Shown: positions 26,901 to 40,559, numbered from the stretch's first letter. The stretch: 64,000 bases of DNA from Octopus vulgaris (GCA_951406725.2 OX597830.1:24924001-24988000), one strand, 5' to 3'. Notes: a model not told the origin generated them from the letters alone. Program-made: numbers and translations.

Positions 26901-27056
26901 AAGAAGAGAGAGAGAGAGAGAAAGAAGAGAGAGAGAGAAAGAAGAGAGAAAAAGAGGGAAAAGAGAGAAAAGATAGAAAGAGAGAGAAAAGAGAGAAAGA
27001 GAGAGAAAGAAGAGAGAGAGAGAGAGATAGAGAGAAAGAGAGAGAGATAGAGAGAG
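26752..27056. repeat. (AG)n / (AGAA) purine tract
   Basis: Read directly from the sequence. Confidence 0.95.
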
Positions 27057-27972
27057 TATGTTTGTGTCTCATCTTGACATTTAATAGGCAACTGACCCAT
27101 TTCCAATATTCCCTGAAAATATGTTTAGCCATTGAGAAATATTACCTTAACCGGAAACAGATGAGGGTTAATGTCAGGAAGAGCATCTGGACATGAAAAA
27201 AACCTGCCTCAATAAAACAAAACTCAGTCCAAACCATTCAAGCATGTAAAAGTAGATGTAAAAAGGATGATCATAGACAAACACACACACACACACACAC
27301 ATACACACACACAGCTTCAGAAATAAAATATCTTGATTAAAAGCTATGTCAAGTAGAGTTAAGTACGGTATTTAACAAGCTAATTATGTTTTAATTAGAA
27401 TTTGAGGGTGGTAAGATGAAGAAAATCATTAAATTAATATCAAATGATTAAATTTGAGTAAAAGTAGAAAAAAATTGAAAACGAGTAAAAAGCAGAAAGA
27501 GGAGATAATGAAAAACAAGGAGGAAAGAAATATGATAAATTTATGTAGTTGTAAGAAATTTTGTTATAAATTAATGTCATTTTTGATTGAGCTGTTCTAT
27601 AATCATAGGAATTCCAACCATCTTCTAGGAATGTCTTTGATTCAGAGGTGTGCCAAGTCCGACTTGGAGTTAAACAACAACAATAACAACTAATAATGTT
27701 GGCTCGGGTATTTTCTGAACATAGAAAGCTGCAGTATCAAATGACATCATGTGGACTAATTTGGTTCCTTATCAATTGTGGACAATCTAACCAGGTTCTG
27801 TGTTAAGGTAGAAGTGACAAACACAACTCGAGATATAAAAGAGACAAAAACAAAAATTCGATGGTTGGTTGGCCTGTTACCGAGCTTTTGTTTATTGTGG
27901 TTTTGAGGACGTTCCACATTGTCATTTGGCATTCTAGAAATGACAGCAAAATCTCCTTCAAACTATTCTTAA

Positions 27973-28177
27973 CCCTTTAAACATTCAGATTACTCTGTCA
28001 AATGTAATACTTTTTTATTCACATTGTTTAGAATGAATAATCATGCATTAACTCATAGTTTTGAGATCTCGATAATGTGATTGTCTGTTTTTAGAATGAC
28101 ATTGTCAGGTAGGTGTGAAAGGCCATAAAATAGGTTCAGTATTTGGGCCAGATATGACCGATTTAAATGCTAAAGGG
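27973..28177. mobile_element. piggyBac-type (TTAA) MITE
   Basis: ttaa|ccctttaaacatt ... aatgctaaaggg|tt. Confidence 0.6.
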
Positions 28178-28346
28178 TTTTTAAAAATATGACATAGATC
28201 AGTATAGGAACACACTAAAAACAAATACCAGATGTCATCTTGTCTGATGTGTTAACAATACCATTGATCCCAGTAGTCAAAAGGTAGGTAAAGTTGACTT
28301 CAGTGGAATTTAAACTCAGAAGGCAGAGAGTAGGAAGAAACACCAC

Positions 28347-30087
28347 AAGGCAATAATGGAGGAATTCAAGACAGGATGCCCCTGGGAGCTCCTCTATGCT
28401 GATGACCTTGCTCTAATTGCTGAGTCACTATCAGAACTGGAGAAGAAGTTTCAGGTGTGGAAGCAAGGATTAGAATCAAAGGGCCTTACAGTCAACCTAG
28501 CTAAAACCAAACTCCAAATAAGTAGGAAGGTAGACAAATCACAAACGCCTTCAGGTAGATGGCCCTGCTCGATCTGTAGAAAAGGCGTAGGTAGAAACTC
28601 TATAAGATGCACCAAGTGTAAGCTATGGACACATAAGAGGTGCAGCAATGTCAAAGGAAGGCTAACTAGGAAGATAGTTTTTGTATGTGGCAGATGCTCA
28701 GGAGCAATAAACACTGAAAATGCGCAGAGACCAATTTCCGACACATTCCAGGGAGAAAAACTAGAAATAGTTGATAGCTTCCGTTACCTAGGTGACCAAG
28801 TCAGTAGCGGGGGTGGGTGTGCTGAAAGTGTAACTGCCAGAGTAAGAATAGCCTGGGCAAAGTTCAGAGAGCTCTTACCTCTGCTGGTGACAAAAGGCCT
28901 CTCGCTCAGAGTAAAAGGCAGACTGTATGACACATGTGTACGAACAGCCATGCTACATGGCAGTGAAACATGGGCCGTGACTGCTGAGGATATGCGTAAG
29001 CTCGCAAGAAATGAAGCCAGTATGCTCCGATGGATGTGTAATGTCAGTGTTCATACTCGACAGAGTGTAAGTACCTTGAGAGAAAAGTTGGACCTAAGAA
29101 GCATCAGTTGTGGTGTGCAATAGAGACGTTTGCGCTGGTATGGTCATGTGGCAAGATTGGATGAAGATAGTTGTGTGAAAAAGTGCCACACCCTAGCGGT
29201 TGAAGGAACCTGTGGAAGAGGTAGACCCAGGAAAACCTGGGACGAGGTGGTGAAGCACGACCTTCGAAATTTAGGTCTCACCGAGGAAATGACTAGAGAC
29301 CAAGACCTATGGAAGTATGCTGTGCGTGAGAAGACCCGGCAGGACAAGTGAGACCATAACCCGTGGCCTCTACCTGGGATGTAGCCAGTCCACTTATGCA
29401 TACCTTTCCTTCTTGGGACACAAAACACTACTTGTGAAGACCTGTTGAGGCAAATGAAAATCGAAATCGATCAACATCAATGGAAATTGTAGCTGTGATA
29501 CTAGTGCCGGTGGCACGTAAGCGAACCATCCGAACGTGGCCGTTGCCAGCGCCGCCCCGACGGGCCTCCGTGCCGGTGGCACGTAAAAAGCACCACCCGA
29601 TCGTGGCCGTTGCCAGCGCCGCCCCGACGGGCCTCCGTGCCGGTGGCACGTAAAAAGCACCACCCGATCGTTGCCGTTGCCAGCGCCGCCCCGACGGGCC
29701 TCCGTGCCGGTGGCACGTAAAAAGCGCCATCCGATCGTGGCCGTTGCTAGCCTCGCCTGGCCCCCGTGCCGGTGGCACGTAAAAAGCACCATCCGATCAT
29801 GGCCGTTTGCCAGCCTCGCCTGGCCCCCGTGCCGGTGACACGTAAAAAGCACCATCCGATCGTAGCCGTTTGCCAGCCTTGTCTGGCACCTGTGCCGGTG
29901 GCACGTAAAAAGCACCACTACACTCACGGAGTGGTTGGCGTTAGGAAGGGCATCCAGCCGTAGAAACATTGCCAGATCAGACTGGGTCTGGTGACTGGGC
30001 CTGGTGCAGCCTTCTGGCCTCCCAGACCCCAGTTGAACCGTCCAATCCATGCTAGCATGGAAAGCGGACGCTAAATGATGATGATGA

Positions 30088-30089
<2 letters not shown>
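28347..30089 (+). mobile_element. young 5'-truncated RTE LINE (ORF to 29350, tandem-repeat 3' UTR, (ATG)n tail)
   Basis: LLYADDLAL RT motif, FRYLG, RWYGHV, GRGRPRKTW; a single premature TAG at 29121-29123; CpG-rich. Confidence 0.95.
29504..29917 (+). repeat. seven tandem 62-67-bp units in the RTE 3' UTR
   Basis: Conserved gtgccggtggcacgtaaaaagcacca; cacgt at 29514, 29580, 29647, 29714, 29776, 29839, 29902. Confidence 0.9.
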
Positions 30090-30121
<32 letters not shown>

Positions 30122-30354
30122 ATAATAACATAAGACAGTGTTTCTCAAGAGGGTTGGGCTATGGGAGTTGAAAATTAAGGCAAGCATGTTGCCATATTTA
30201 TATAAAATTAAGATGGTGCTAAAATTTTCGTGAATATTTGGTGGGATGGGGTGTGTGCTTGTATTGAATGACAATCTGACACAAGGCATGTCGATAATGT
30301 TCTGAAAGATACTGTAAAAAAATTAAGAACTGAATGTTATTCCTGAGGGTGGCA

Positions 30355-30429
<75 letters not shown>

Positions 30430-31349
30430 AAACGAGTGGTGGTGATTACATAATTTACACGTAAGATACTTAAGTAAGTCACGGTTGCATGAATCTGAAA
30501 TTATAATTGCAATTTGGGTAGACCTGCTGAAAGATGAAGTCAGCTTTATATGACCACATAGGTTTTTGCAAATAGTTAAGTGGTTAAGTAAAATGAAACA
30601 AGGATTTATTGCACACTAGGGAAGGCGGAAATACTATATAAATTGTATATCATCAAAAATTTGTTAAATAAATACAGTTAAATACAGGGTTTAGAAAACA
30701 AGTTCATATTCAGAGGCTCATAAATAATTCAAGTTTATAACTATTTAAATAATTTAATATTTCTTAAGCGATTTGAGTGCAGAATTTGACACGTTTCTAG
30801 TTTTCAGTTCATTTATTCGAGAAAACCGCTATGTGAGAAAAATCTGTGGAAGTTAATCAGGGCAGACTATTTGGAACAGTGTAACATTAAGTCGTCGGTA
30901 CAGACATGTTGTAACCAAAATATCCTGCAACGCCTTGTAGTAAGAACAAACAAGATTTCTTAACTTTCGACAGTCAATGACCTTTGATGCATAGCGTATG
31001 AAAGATATAAATCGCTGAAAAACGAGGCCTCAACGTGGTTCCTCGACCGGCTAAATAACGTCCAAATTCCCTAACGTCTTTAAAATAAATAGCTCAAACA
31101 CGAAAAGATGGGATAGTCATGACTGGAACGCCTTAGACGCCATATCCTTCTAATCAAAGATCGCATTAACAACCTATGATAAAGAAATATCTCTAACGGA
31201 CGTTGTTTTACAGAAAACGTTTACGTTAATTATCAATTTGTAATTGATATTACTGCTATATTATATTTCAGGCCGTTAATTACCATAATGTTATCAATAA
31301 AGTTAATTAAGATTAGTAAAAGAAAATCACAAAATAAATGAAACGTATA

Positions 31350-31730
31350 ATATATACTTGAATATATTTGAATCTGTAGTTTGAAAGGAACTTCGTTCTG
31401 TCGGCCGTTAACTCAATGAATTTTGAATATCACAGTCGCCATTGTCAATAACAGATTTGATTTTGTGTAAAGCTTACTTTCTTATGAGAGAGAGAGTATG
31501 TGTGTGTGCGTACGTAAGAAAGAGAGAGAGAAACAATTTCTTTTTAATGAGTTAGTCCTATTTTTATTAGTAACCAATGATACGTGAGAAAATATTTGGT
31601 GCTGATACCAAATATGGCACCCGTTTTGCTGGATTGACGATAGTTTCTGATTCCGGCATTCTGAGTTTAAATGCACGCGCACGCACACACACACACACAC
31701 ACACACAGATTGGCCAGTAATCGACCAGAA
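31350..31730 (-). promoter_or_regulatory. candidate promoter / first exon of a leftward-transcribed host gene
   Basis: Lies at the CpG-depletion boundary; YY1-like cgccattg (31437) and caaatatggc (~31610); ATTGG/CCAAT (31708); candidate minus-strand donors near 31357 and 31477. Confidence 0.3.
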
Positions 31731-33124
31731 TGTAACAAAAACTTTAATTCGTGAACATTAAGAGGTCCTGCCTTTGCACAACACTGTACTTGGTAATAAT
31801 AGGAATTCATTAAATCATATTACATTTTTCATGAATGGAATGAATTAAAAGTTTTAAATCCTAAGAATTTCCAAAACATAAAATACAGCTCAGGTCTACT
31901 ATCTTTAAACCCCCCACCTTTTGTTTTGCGGAGGAAAACTCAAGATTTTTAATGTTGGGGAGATTATGCAAAGAGCAATCAAAATGACCGAATAGTCTTA
32001 GCCCTTTCCTACGGTGTGTGTTAGATTCAATTATCGTACAATAGATGCTTCATCTCGGATTTTCACTAATATATATTTAATCGGGATTGAGGTTTCAGTA
32101 ATGAAATTTATAAGATTTAATGTTGTTTGCTAATGGGGTGTTGGTATACTGTAAAAATTCCGTGCTTGAACATTGATACAGTTAGGGAGTCAACGAGGGA
32201 GACCGCAAGCGGTCATTTTGCCTTCTAGAGATAAGAGTCAAAATTTATCTTCTGGATATAGGAGTCTTAAAAAAAAAGATATATCGGATGATGTAGCCGT
32301 GGATATACTGTGTGAAAAAAGAAAAGAAGAAAAGATGGTTTCAACTAGAATTCATTTGATTAAGAGGTCTACTAAATTAGTTTCAAATTTTGGTACTAGG
32401 TCAACAATCTCAGAGGAGCGGGAGAGTCGATTACATCAACCGTAGTGTTCAACTGGTACATATATTATGGACCCCGAAAGGATGGAAGGTAACGTCGATT
32501 CCGGTGGCGTTTGAACTCAGAACGTATAGTCTGAAGAATTGTCGCGAAGCAGTTTTCCGGAACGAGAGCTTATCTTGTATAAATAAGCATGTGCTTTTAA
32601 TCTCCCAGCTGGGTCTTGTTTATACTGGCGAAAAATCCGTCTCGAAAATTTTCTGTAAAAGTTGGTTGGTTATCATGAAAATTAATACCTGTAAAATATG
32701 AGCTGGTATTTAAAAATGATTACGAAATTGGTCTATCAAGGTGCGGTTATATCTAAAATAAATATATTGATGATAAGACTATTACGAGGTTATTATAAAA
32801 CTTTGTACCAACTCTTATTAAAACATAAACGTATTGCAAAACTCCATACTTCTTAATCCCTGTGTGGGAGTGGAAACATTGCAAAACATACAAGGTTGAG
32901 TTAACAAATAGACGCCCAGAGATTTCCCGGGAACGTCGTCGCTTATGGTCATTACTAATTCTCTAAAAATGCAAGCGTGGAACTTCCACCACCAGCATTG
33001 CTGAGAACAGATGGTTGTGAGCACTCGGCAGCATTCCACATGGCTAAGAACTGCAGCTCTGACAGAAATATAAAGAGTAAAAAAACGTGTCTGACAAATG
33101 GCGACTACACTTATTCCCCATCAA

Positions 33125-33605
33125 GGTTGCGTCAGAGCATGTCCGCACACCATCAGCCACATTATACCCAGTCCTCCACGCAGAGTCTGATCAGTGGAAC
33201 GCATCTCTTTCATAAAAAGAAAAATAGAAGACGTTCCAGTGTGGCCAGATGTGAAATGGGACCAGGTACGACGGTTAGACCATTATAGATGACATAAGTG
33301 ATGTAGACTACTCGGGGACAGCTTCCTCTCAGCTCACTTCTAGGTGAGACTGGCCACTCTACTCGTCACCTTGTCTCAGTTCTTCTTCCCTTGGAAATCT
33401 GACCCAAAGCCCGAGCAATTTAACCGTTCCATCCACGATACTGTTGAATGGCATGTATCTACCTTTTCTGGAATCGAACTACAGATGCACTGACTTTTCC
33501 TGGTTGATTTTGACTCCTGTTAACCTGTCTCGTTTTCTCTTCGATGTGCTTGGTGTCTGACACAACTATGATGACATTGTCCATCGATGCTGAACAGATC
33601 TTTTG
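33125..33605 (-). mobile_element. decayed L1/Tx1-clade LINE fragment
   Basis: SASMDNVIIVVSDTKHIE (degenerate YADD region), VKLLGLW, KVTSRVASLT, LERLLFFFL, GGLG. Confidence 0.65.
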
Positions 33606-33696
33606 AGTTCTAATTCGCGCTAGATACCCTTCACACACTAGCATTGAACCCAGACCCTCAAGATTGCTAAGTGAAAGTTTTGACTATTCGGTCATG

Positions 33697-34117
33697 CAGG
33701 GCCAGATTAAAACACATAGAGAAGCAAGCGCTTAAAAGATTTTGATGCCCCCATATATATGTAATTCAAACATTATATAAACGATAATAAACCATAAAAT
33801 AATTTTTTGTTTTTAAAAATGAGACAAAACTAACAGTAAATTGGAAAATAATGTTTATTTTTGTATATTTCCACTTTATTTATAGTTGAAAAGTTTTCTA
33901 CTTTTTTTAATTGCAAAATCTTTGATTAAATCCTCACCATGACACTATGAACACTTCGAAATTATATTACCAATCATATAAACCACTTCGAATCTTATTT
34001 TAGTAAGTTTAAGGTGATTTCTTTTATGCAGTAAACCATCTACCATTTCTGTGGTACCCGCCCTCCATCGATACCCTAAGCACGTACTTATTTTGCTTAA
34101 TGCTTAATCCAGCGTCG
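33697..34117 (-). mobile_element. hAT non-autonomous element
   Basis: TIRs cagggccagatta / taatccagcgtcg; 8-bp TSD cggtcatg / cgggcatg; minus-strand EDLIKDFAIKK resembles a hAT C-terminus. Confidence 0.75.
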
Positions 34118-35704
34118 CGGGCATGCTACAATCTATTTCAGACTTGAGAATACAACATTGAAATCTGAGAACTGCTTCACAAACAAACCTCAACGGCTCA
34201 CTCTAACAGTTGTGTAACAGTCACTGCCATTACAGGTGTACAAAAGGTAGTGCGGTGGGATTATCGTTAGATCATCAGTGGAGAAAATACTGAGCGGTAT
34301 TTGTTTGGGGTTTTTACATTCGCAGTTCAAATCCCGCCGAGATTTAGTTTACCTTTCATCCTTTCGAGATCGATAAAATAAAGAACCAATCAAGCACTGG
34401 GGTCTATGTAATCGACTGATTCCCTCCCCTCAAAAACTGCATTCCTTGCATCTAAATCAGGAATCATTAGAAGTATGTGAGGATCTGTGTCTAGAGGAAG
34501 TTATTAAGTGTTGTAATCTGTGATTTACATGTTTAAGTAAAAACGGTCATGAATAACCTTGATAGAAATGAACCACCTCGAAAAGTCGAAATATAACCTA
34601 TTATAACCCTGTTATATGTCTGTCCTTTTATTCGTTCATTGTGGTCTGTTAGTATTTGAAGTCAAGAAATGGGTGTTTTAACGTATTATATAACTTAAAG
34701 TTACAAGCAACTTCCTGTGTTTCTCATTAAATATATTACAATGTATTAACAAAATAGAGGGCTAGCTATTTTGACGATATAAACATATTGCATTACTTCT
34801 TGGTAAAAGGATGGTGAAAACTGGTTAAGTAGAACGTAGTACAAATGTGATTTAGGATAGCCTTCTTATTAAGCCAGACATATTAAAAAAATCCCAGTAG
34901 AACAACTAACTATGCGACAAGCTGATTGCCCTGTCTCTGCTGAATATCGCAATAAATTTGATACGGCAGATTGGTATTAAGGATTTGATCAAAGGCTTTG
35001 AAATAAAAGAAAAAAAAATGTAGGAGAAACCTTGTTGAAGTATAAGTTGTAAGTAGACGAAAGAGTTAAACATTATTTGGTATCTTTTGATCCATGTATG
35101 TTGAAGTGTTGTATTTTTTCCAAGTGAGGTTAGGAAACAATAGAATGAATGACGCTTTGTTTAGTACAAACAATATTTCTTCGCCAAAATACCCCCCCCC
35201 CCCGCCTGCTCCAATTAACCACTTACTACTGATTCCTCTTTCGCAATAAGTAAAAAAACTTATTGAAAAAGATTCTTTTTGTAGTTGTATTCCGTCCCTC
35301 CCCACCACCGCCACCACCATGACTCTGTTTTTGTGACTAAAACACTTGGAAATTTATATTTCCTGTTGCTTTAATTAAAAACAAACAATATATTGGCTTC
35401 AAATTTTGGCAATTTTAGACGGGGAGAAGCTAGTCGATTACATTGGTCTAAGTACTCAACTAGTACTTATTTTATGACCCCCGTAAAGATGAAAGGTAGA
35501 GTCGACCTCGGCGGAATTTGAACTCAGAACGTAAAGCCAGAAGAAATGCTGCTAAGCATTTTGTCCGGCATGCTAAAAATTCTGGCATCTAACCGCCTTG
35601 GTTTGCTTGCATATTGCTTACTGCTGTTATTTAGTGTTCAATAAATTTGAGAAAAAAAGGTTATACATACATACAACCGTGCGTTTATATATACACACAC
35701 ACAC

Positions 35705-35777
<73 letters not shown>

Positions 35778-36299
35778 GTTTACTGTCAGCAGAACGCAAA
35801 ATTCACACTAGCACTATCTGCGAACGACAAACATACCAATATATTGTCATCGCTAACAATTTATAATTACTACTATCTGTCATGCTAACTGTCCCGGCAA
35901 AAATAAATTGGTGAATATTATCCTTTATTCTTCGATGTTATTCTTCTGCGTGCTACGGTGGTGTTCTTCACTTGAACAGTCGCTACATCGTCACGCTACA
36001 ATTGGTATGTTCGACGTGAGGACCTTACATCTTTCCGCTACACACACACACACACTGTTATGTTTGGAGCTCCACGTAGATTTTCATCATCCAGTCTGCT
36101 TTCTGCATTAGTTGTTAATCAACTTCTATACTGAGTAGTATTAACCGTTAAGAGCTACAGAGCAGACGCAAGAAAAATAAAGAGAACATAAGCTTATACT
36201 GGATCAAATTATCTGTAACTCGATACAGTAAAGTGGTCCTTGAGGGTCCTTTATGAGTGAGCACCCATATGCATCTGGATTGCAAAAATAAAACTCTAT

Positions 36300-37151
36300 A
36301 CAAGAAATTGAAAACGAATGAAACTGAAAATAGGTGGGTTAAAGAAAAGAATGCATGGTCAATTTCATAGAGATATTAAAGATAAGACAGACAGAGAAAA
36401 AAGATGGCTGTGGATGACTAAAAGTGATTTAAAACCGGAAACGGAGGCTCTAATTTGTGCTGCCCAAGAGCAAGCACTAAGAACAAACTACATAAAATAC
36501 AGAATAGACAACACATCAGAAAGTGATAAACGCAGAATCTGTGGATAAAACGGTGAAACCGTATGGCATATTACCAGCCAATGTACGCCACTAGCCCAGA
36601 AGAAATATAAGAGACACCACGACAATATAACCAGGCTTGTCCATTGGACACATTGCCACAAGTATGGACTTGACAGAGCAAAAACTTGGTACGACCACAA
36701 CCCTGAAGGCATCGTCAAAAACAGAAATGCAAAGATCCTATGGAATGTTATGATTCAGTATGACCATGAGATAGAGAATAGGAAGCCAGACATAGTCTTG
36801 AGAAAGAAAACAAACTATGCTGGATCATAGATATAGTATGCGCAGCTGCCAACAAGGTATGCGATAAGGAAGAAAGAAAAACTGAGAGATATGACAAATT
36901 AAGTTGGGAAGTTAAGCAGTTGTGGTCGATGAAAAAGGTAGCTGTAGTACCAATAATTGTCGGAGCCCTGGGAACATTGAACAAAAATCTCGAGAAGTAC
37001 GTGGGGCAAATAGGGGATGCAATAAGGGTGGAGCACGTGCAGAAAACAGCACTGCTTGGAAGCGCTCGAATACTCCGGAAGGTGCTCGAAAAATAAGGTG
37101 TTACCTTAGTTCACTGTAGTACATCTCCAGCGTTAGAAGCTGTGCAAGGTC
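36300..37151 (+). mobile_element. Dong/R4-like non-LTR retrotransposon 3' end (zinc knuckle and restriction-like endonuclease), ending in (AAT)n
   Basis: MHGQF...ETEALICAAQEQALRT...RICG...H...C...HD...RKPDIV...IIDI...K...Y...VPIIVGALG...QKTALLGSARILRKVL*, with stops and frameshifts. Confidence 0.88.
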
Positions 37152-37202
<51 letters not shown>

Positions 37203-37671
37203 TAATAATGGTTTCAGATTTTGCCATAAGGGCAGCCATTTTGGGAGAAAGGATGTATCGATTACATTGACCCCAATGTTTCACTGGTACTTAATTTGTC
37301 GACCCCGAAAGGATGAAATGCAAAGTCGACCTCGGCGGAATTTGAACTGAAAACGTCAAATAAAATTCTTAAACGAGTAAACTGAAAACAGTTTGACTAG
37401 CATCATCATCATCACTATTAGCATTATTGTCACATTCATTGCCATCATTATTATCATCTTAGCATCATCGATCTCATCATTGCTGTTATCAGCAGCAGCA
37501 GCAACAGCAATAACAATTTCAACAATGAAAACGACAATATAATGAATACAGGTTTTTTCCTGTATTATTGTACTGTCAACTCAGCAAACACACGAGCGCG
37601 CATACATACATATACACACACGCATACATACATACATACATACATACATACATACATACATACATACATAA

Positions 37672-37902
37672 AGGCGTCGAGCTGGCAGAAACGTTAGCAC
37701 GCCGGGCGAAATGCGTAGCCGTATTTCGTCTGCCGTTACGTCCTGAGTTCAAATTCCGCCGAGGTCGACTTTGCCTTTCATCCTTTCGGGGTCGGTTAAA
37801 TAAGTACCAGTTATCCACTGGGGTCGATGTAATCGACTTAATCCGTTTGTCTGTCCTTGTTTGTCCCCTCTGTGTTTAGCCCCTTGTGGGTAGTAAAGAA
37901 AT
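37672..37902 (+). mobile_element. full-length SINE family B in (CATA)n
   Basis: ggcgtcgagctggcagaaacgttagc...gagttcaaattcc...ccccttgtgggtagtaaagaaata. Other copies at ~16030, 28260, 32380, 34250, 35395, 37210, 46720, 46945, 59545, 59780, 60040, 62785, 63690-64000. Confidence 0.88.
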
Positions 37903-38024
37903 AATACATACATACATACATACATACATACATACATACATAAATGTATGCATGCATAAATATATACATGTATGCATGCATAGATACATACATACATATA
38001 TATATACATATATATATATACATA

Positions 38025-38060
<36 letters not shown>

Positions 38061-38075
38061 CATACATATATACAC

Positions 38076-38170
<95 letters not shown>

Positions 38171-38175
38171 CATAC

Positions 38176-38266
<91 letters not shown>

Positions 38267-38320
38267 CATATATATATACATACATACACACATGCATATG
38301 TACCCATACACACACATACA
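37903..38320. repeat. (CATA)/(TA) compound microsatellite
   Basis: Read directly from the sequence. Confidence 0.95.
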
Positions 38321-39402
38321 TATATCGCCCATTTTATAAACAGATAGAAATTTAGTTTATAAATATTTCCATTCCGAAAACCATGCTGTGATACATGATC
38401 TCACTTTGGGGAATGTATCCAGTAGGAACTCTAATAAAAGAATAAATTTTTGAAGAATCAGAAAGTCTTTGAGACAAAATGGCAAAAACACACAAAAAAA
38501 TGTGACTAGAAGTGAATTAATTTTTAAGAATTTCGAATATATCGCAAATTGATTGGGGACTGGGAATAGAAATTAAAATAAGGATCAATTCCCTTGATCC
38601 CAAATGTCAACAAGGCAGAATATACAACAAGTCCCTTCTTCTGTGTGAAACCACAATAGTGCGGTTTGAAACAATGACACGAGATCGTACAGCTAACTGT
38701 TAATCTAAGCTTAGCAGCAGGTAATGAATTCCTTATGTAGATGAATTCACATGCCCTATCGTAGCATACATGTCGTCAACAATAATTTAGCTTGTTTTGA
38801 AGATTTTTTTGAAGGTTTAAGCTAACTTTGGACTCTAATTTACTAATTCTGTGTGTATGTGGGGGGGGCATTGAAAGGCCTTTGGAGGAATACTTTCTCT
38901 TCTAATCGTCGTCGTGATCTACCCCACCTCTCTCTATCGCCTATTTGAGTCTGTAACTATTGAACGTGTACATCTTAGTGCTGTTGCCACCGCCAGATTG
39001 AATGGTACTGCCCAGGTGTCGAAACCATAATGATATCCGTGAGGCAGCTGATGATGGATGCATGTTGGTACAGCTGTTTTTGTATATGTGAAATAGTGTT
39101 ATAACACATCCTTTTGATATATATATATATATGTAAGCCGTCATGCAGGAGTGCCCTGGAAATGACGAGGAGCAACGTTTTAGTAAAAGAAACAGAATTT
39201 TTTAAAAATCGACCAAAATCGGTTCGGGTTGGGGTGGAGGATTTAAAAATATATACGAGGGATGGAGTAAAAAAACATCATTTTTGGAAAACTTTTTTGA
39301 TAAAAGATGCTCCCCACCATTTCCAAGGACACCATGAAAAAAATTTGGAAAATCCCCTTCAAACGGAGAAATTCCAACTTGTGTACTACCTATCGCTGAC
39401 GT

Positions 39403-39438
<36 letters not shown>

Positions 39439-39614
39439 TCATGTGATGTATATTTGCACACGTCACACGTGTTTTATGGTTATATAAGAATAATGATTAT
39501 CTGCACTAGCAAGAATTGGATATTATTTATATAATAGATATACGTATGCATGAACACGCACTGCTTTATGTGTGTGTGTGTAATACATATATATGCATTC
39601 ACATACATACATAC

Positions 39615-39647
<33 letters not shown>

Positions 39648-39846
39648 TGTATGTATGTATGTATGTATGTATGTATGTATGTATGTATGTCAATGTTCTG
39701 AGCCCCTAGGGAATACATAATCTTTATCTTTCTAACGCCTCTTCTCTTTCTCTTCGTCTCTTGTTTCATATTAAAAAAAAAAAGTTTTCAACAAACTTTA
39801 TCAATTATCATTTTTCGCACCTTTTCTCTCTTCCAATACAGGTATT

Positions 39847-40121
39847 CAGTGGCGGACTGGGTCTAAAAATATTGGTTGCCAAGAGACTAAAGCGGCCCAC
39901 ACGCAACTACAATGCTATCATTTATTTTTAATTTTTATTTTTATTAAGTATTTTCAACTGTCTACAAACACAGCCAGGCTGAAGTAAGGCATTCTTCCAG
40001 GTGTGAATAAAAAATTCTCAAACTTGAGGGGATGGGCCCCTTAGAATCTAACATGCCCCCCACCCCGCCCAATATATGGATTCTAAACGGGAAAGCTGGT
40101 AACCTGGCCAGTCCACCACTG
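39847..40121. mobile_element. hAT-type MITE
   Basis: TIRs cagtggcggactgg / ccagtccaccactg; 8-bp TSD caggtatt / cacgtatt. Confidence 0.82.
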
Positions 40122-40309
40122 CACGTATTTGCCTTACAACTTGTATGTCATCCCCTACAACCCTTCCAAGCTTTCCATATACCTATTTCCCTTTTTAATA
40201 CATTTGCTTTTCTCTTCCACAATTTCTTAGTTGCTCATTCATTTGCCTTATTTTCCAACCTACTCTCCTTCACATCCCCTCCATGCTGCCGTGCTCCCTG
40301 TTCACCATC

Positions 40310-40329
40310 TCTTCCTCTTCTTTTTTCTC

Positions 40330-40364
<35 letters not shown>

Positions 40365-40559
40365 CTCTCTCACTTTTCCCTCTTTCTTCCCTCCTCTCAC
40401 TTTCTTTCTCCCTTTCTCCCTCTCTTTCTTTCTCTCTAGTTCTCTCTCTCCTACTCTCCCTCTCTCCTTTCTCTCTTTCCCTTTCTTTTTTTCTCTCTTT
40501 GTCTCTTTTTCTGTCTCTCTCTTTCTTTCTTTCTTTCTTTATTTCTTTCTTTCTTTCTT

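Noticed and set aside
26574-27132. Arg/Glu- and Ser/Leu-rich ORFs (also 40032-40837, 42236-42679)
   Set aside because: Translations of (AG)n/(CT)n tracts.
29504-29917. CRISPR-like repeat-spacer appearance
   Set aside because: The spacers are homologous to each other, the array lies in a LINE 3' UTR in a eukaryote, and there are no cas genes.
29394-30131. 245-aa minus-strand ORF with repeated VLFTCHRHGG
   Set aside because: Antisense reading of the GC-rich tandem array in the RTE 3' UTR.
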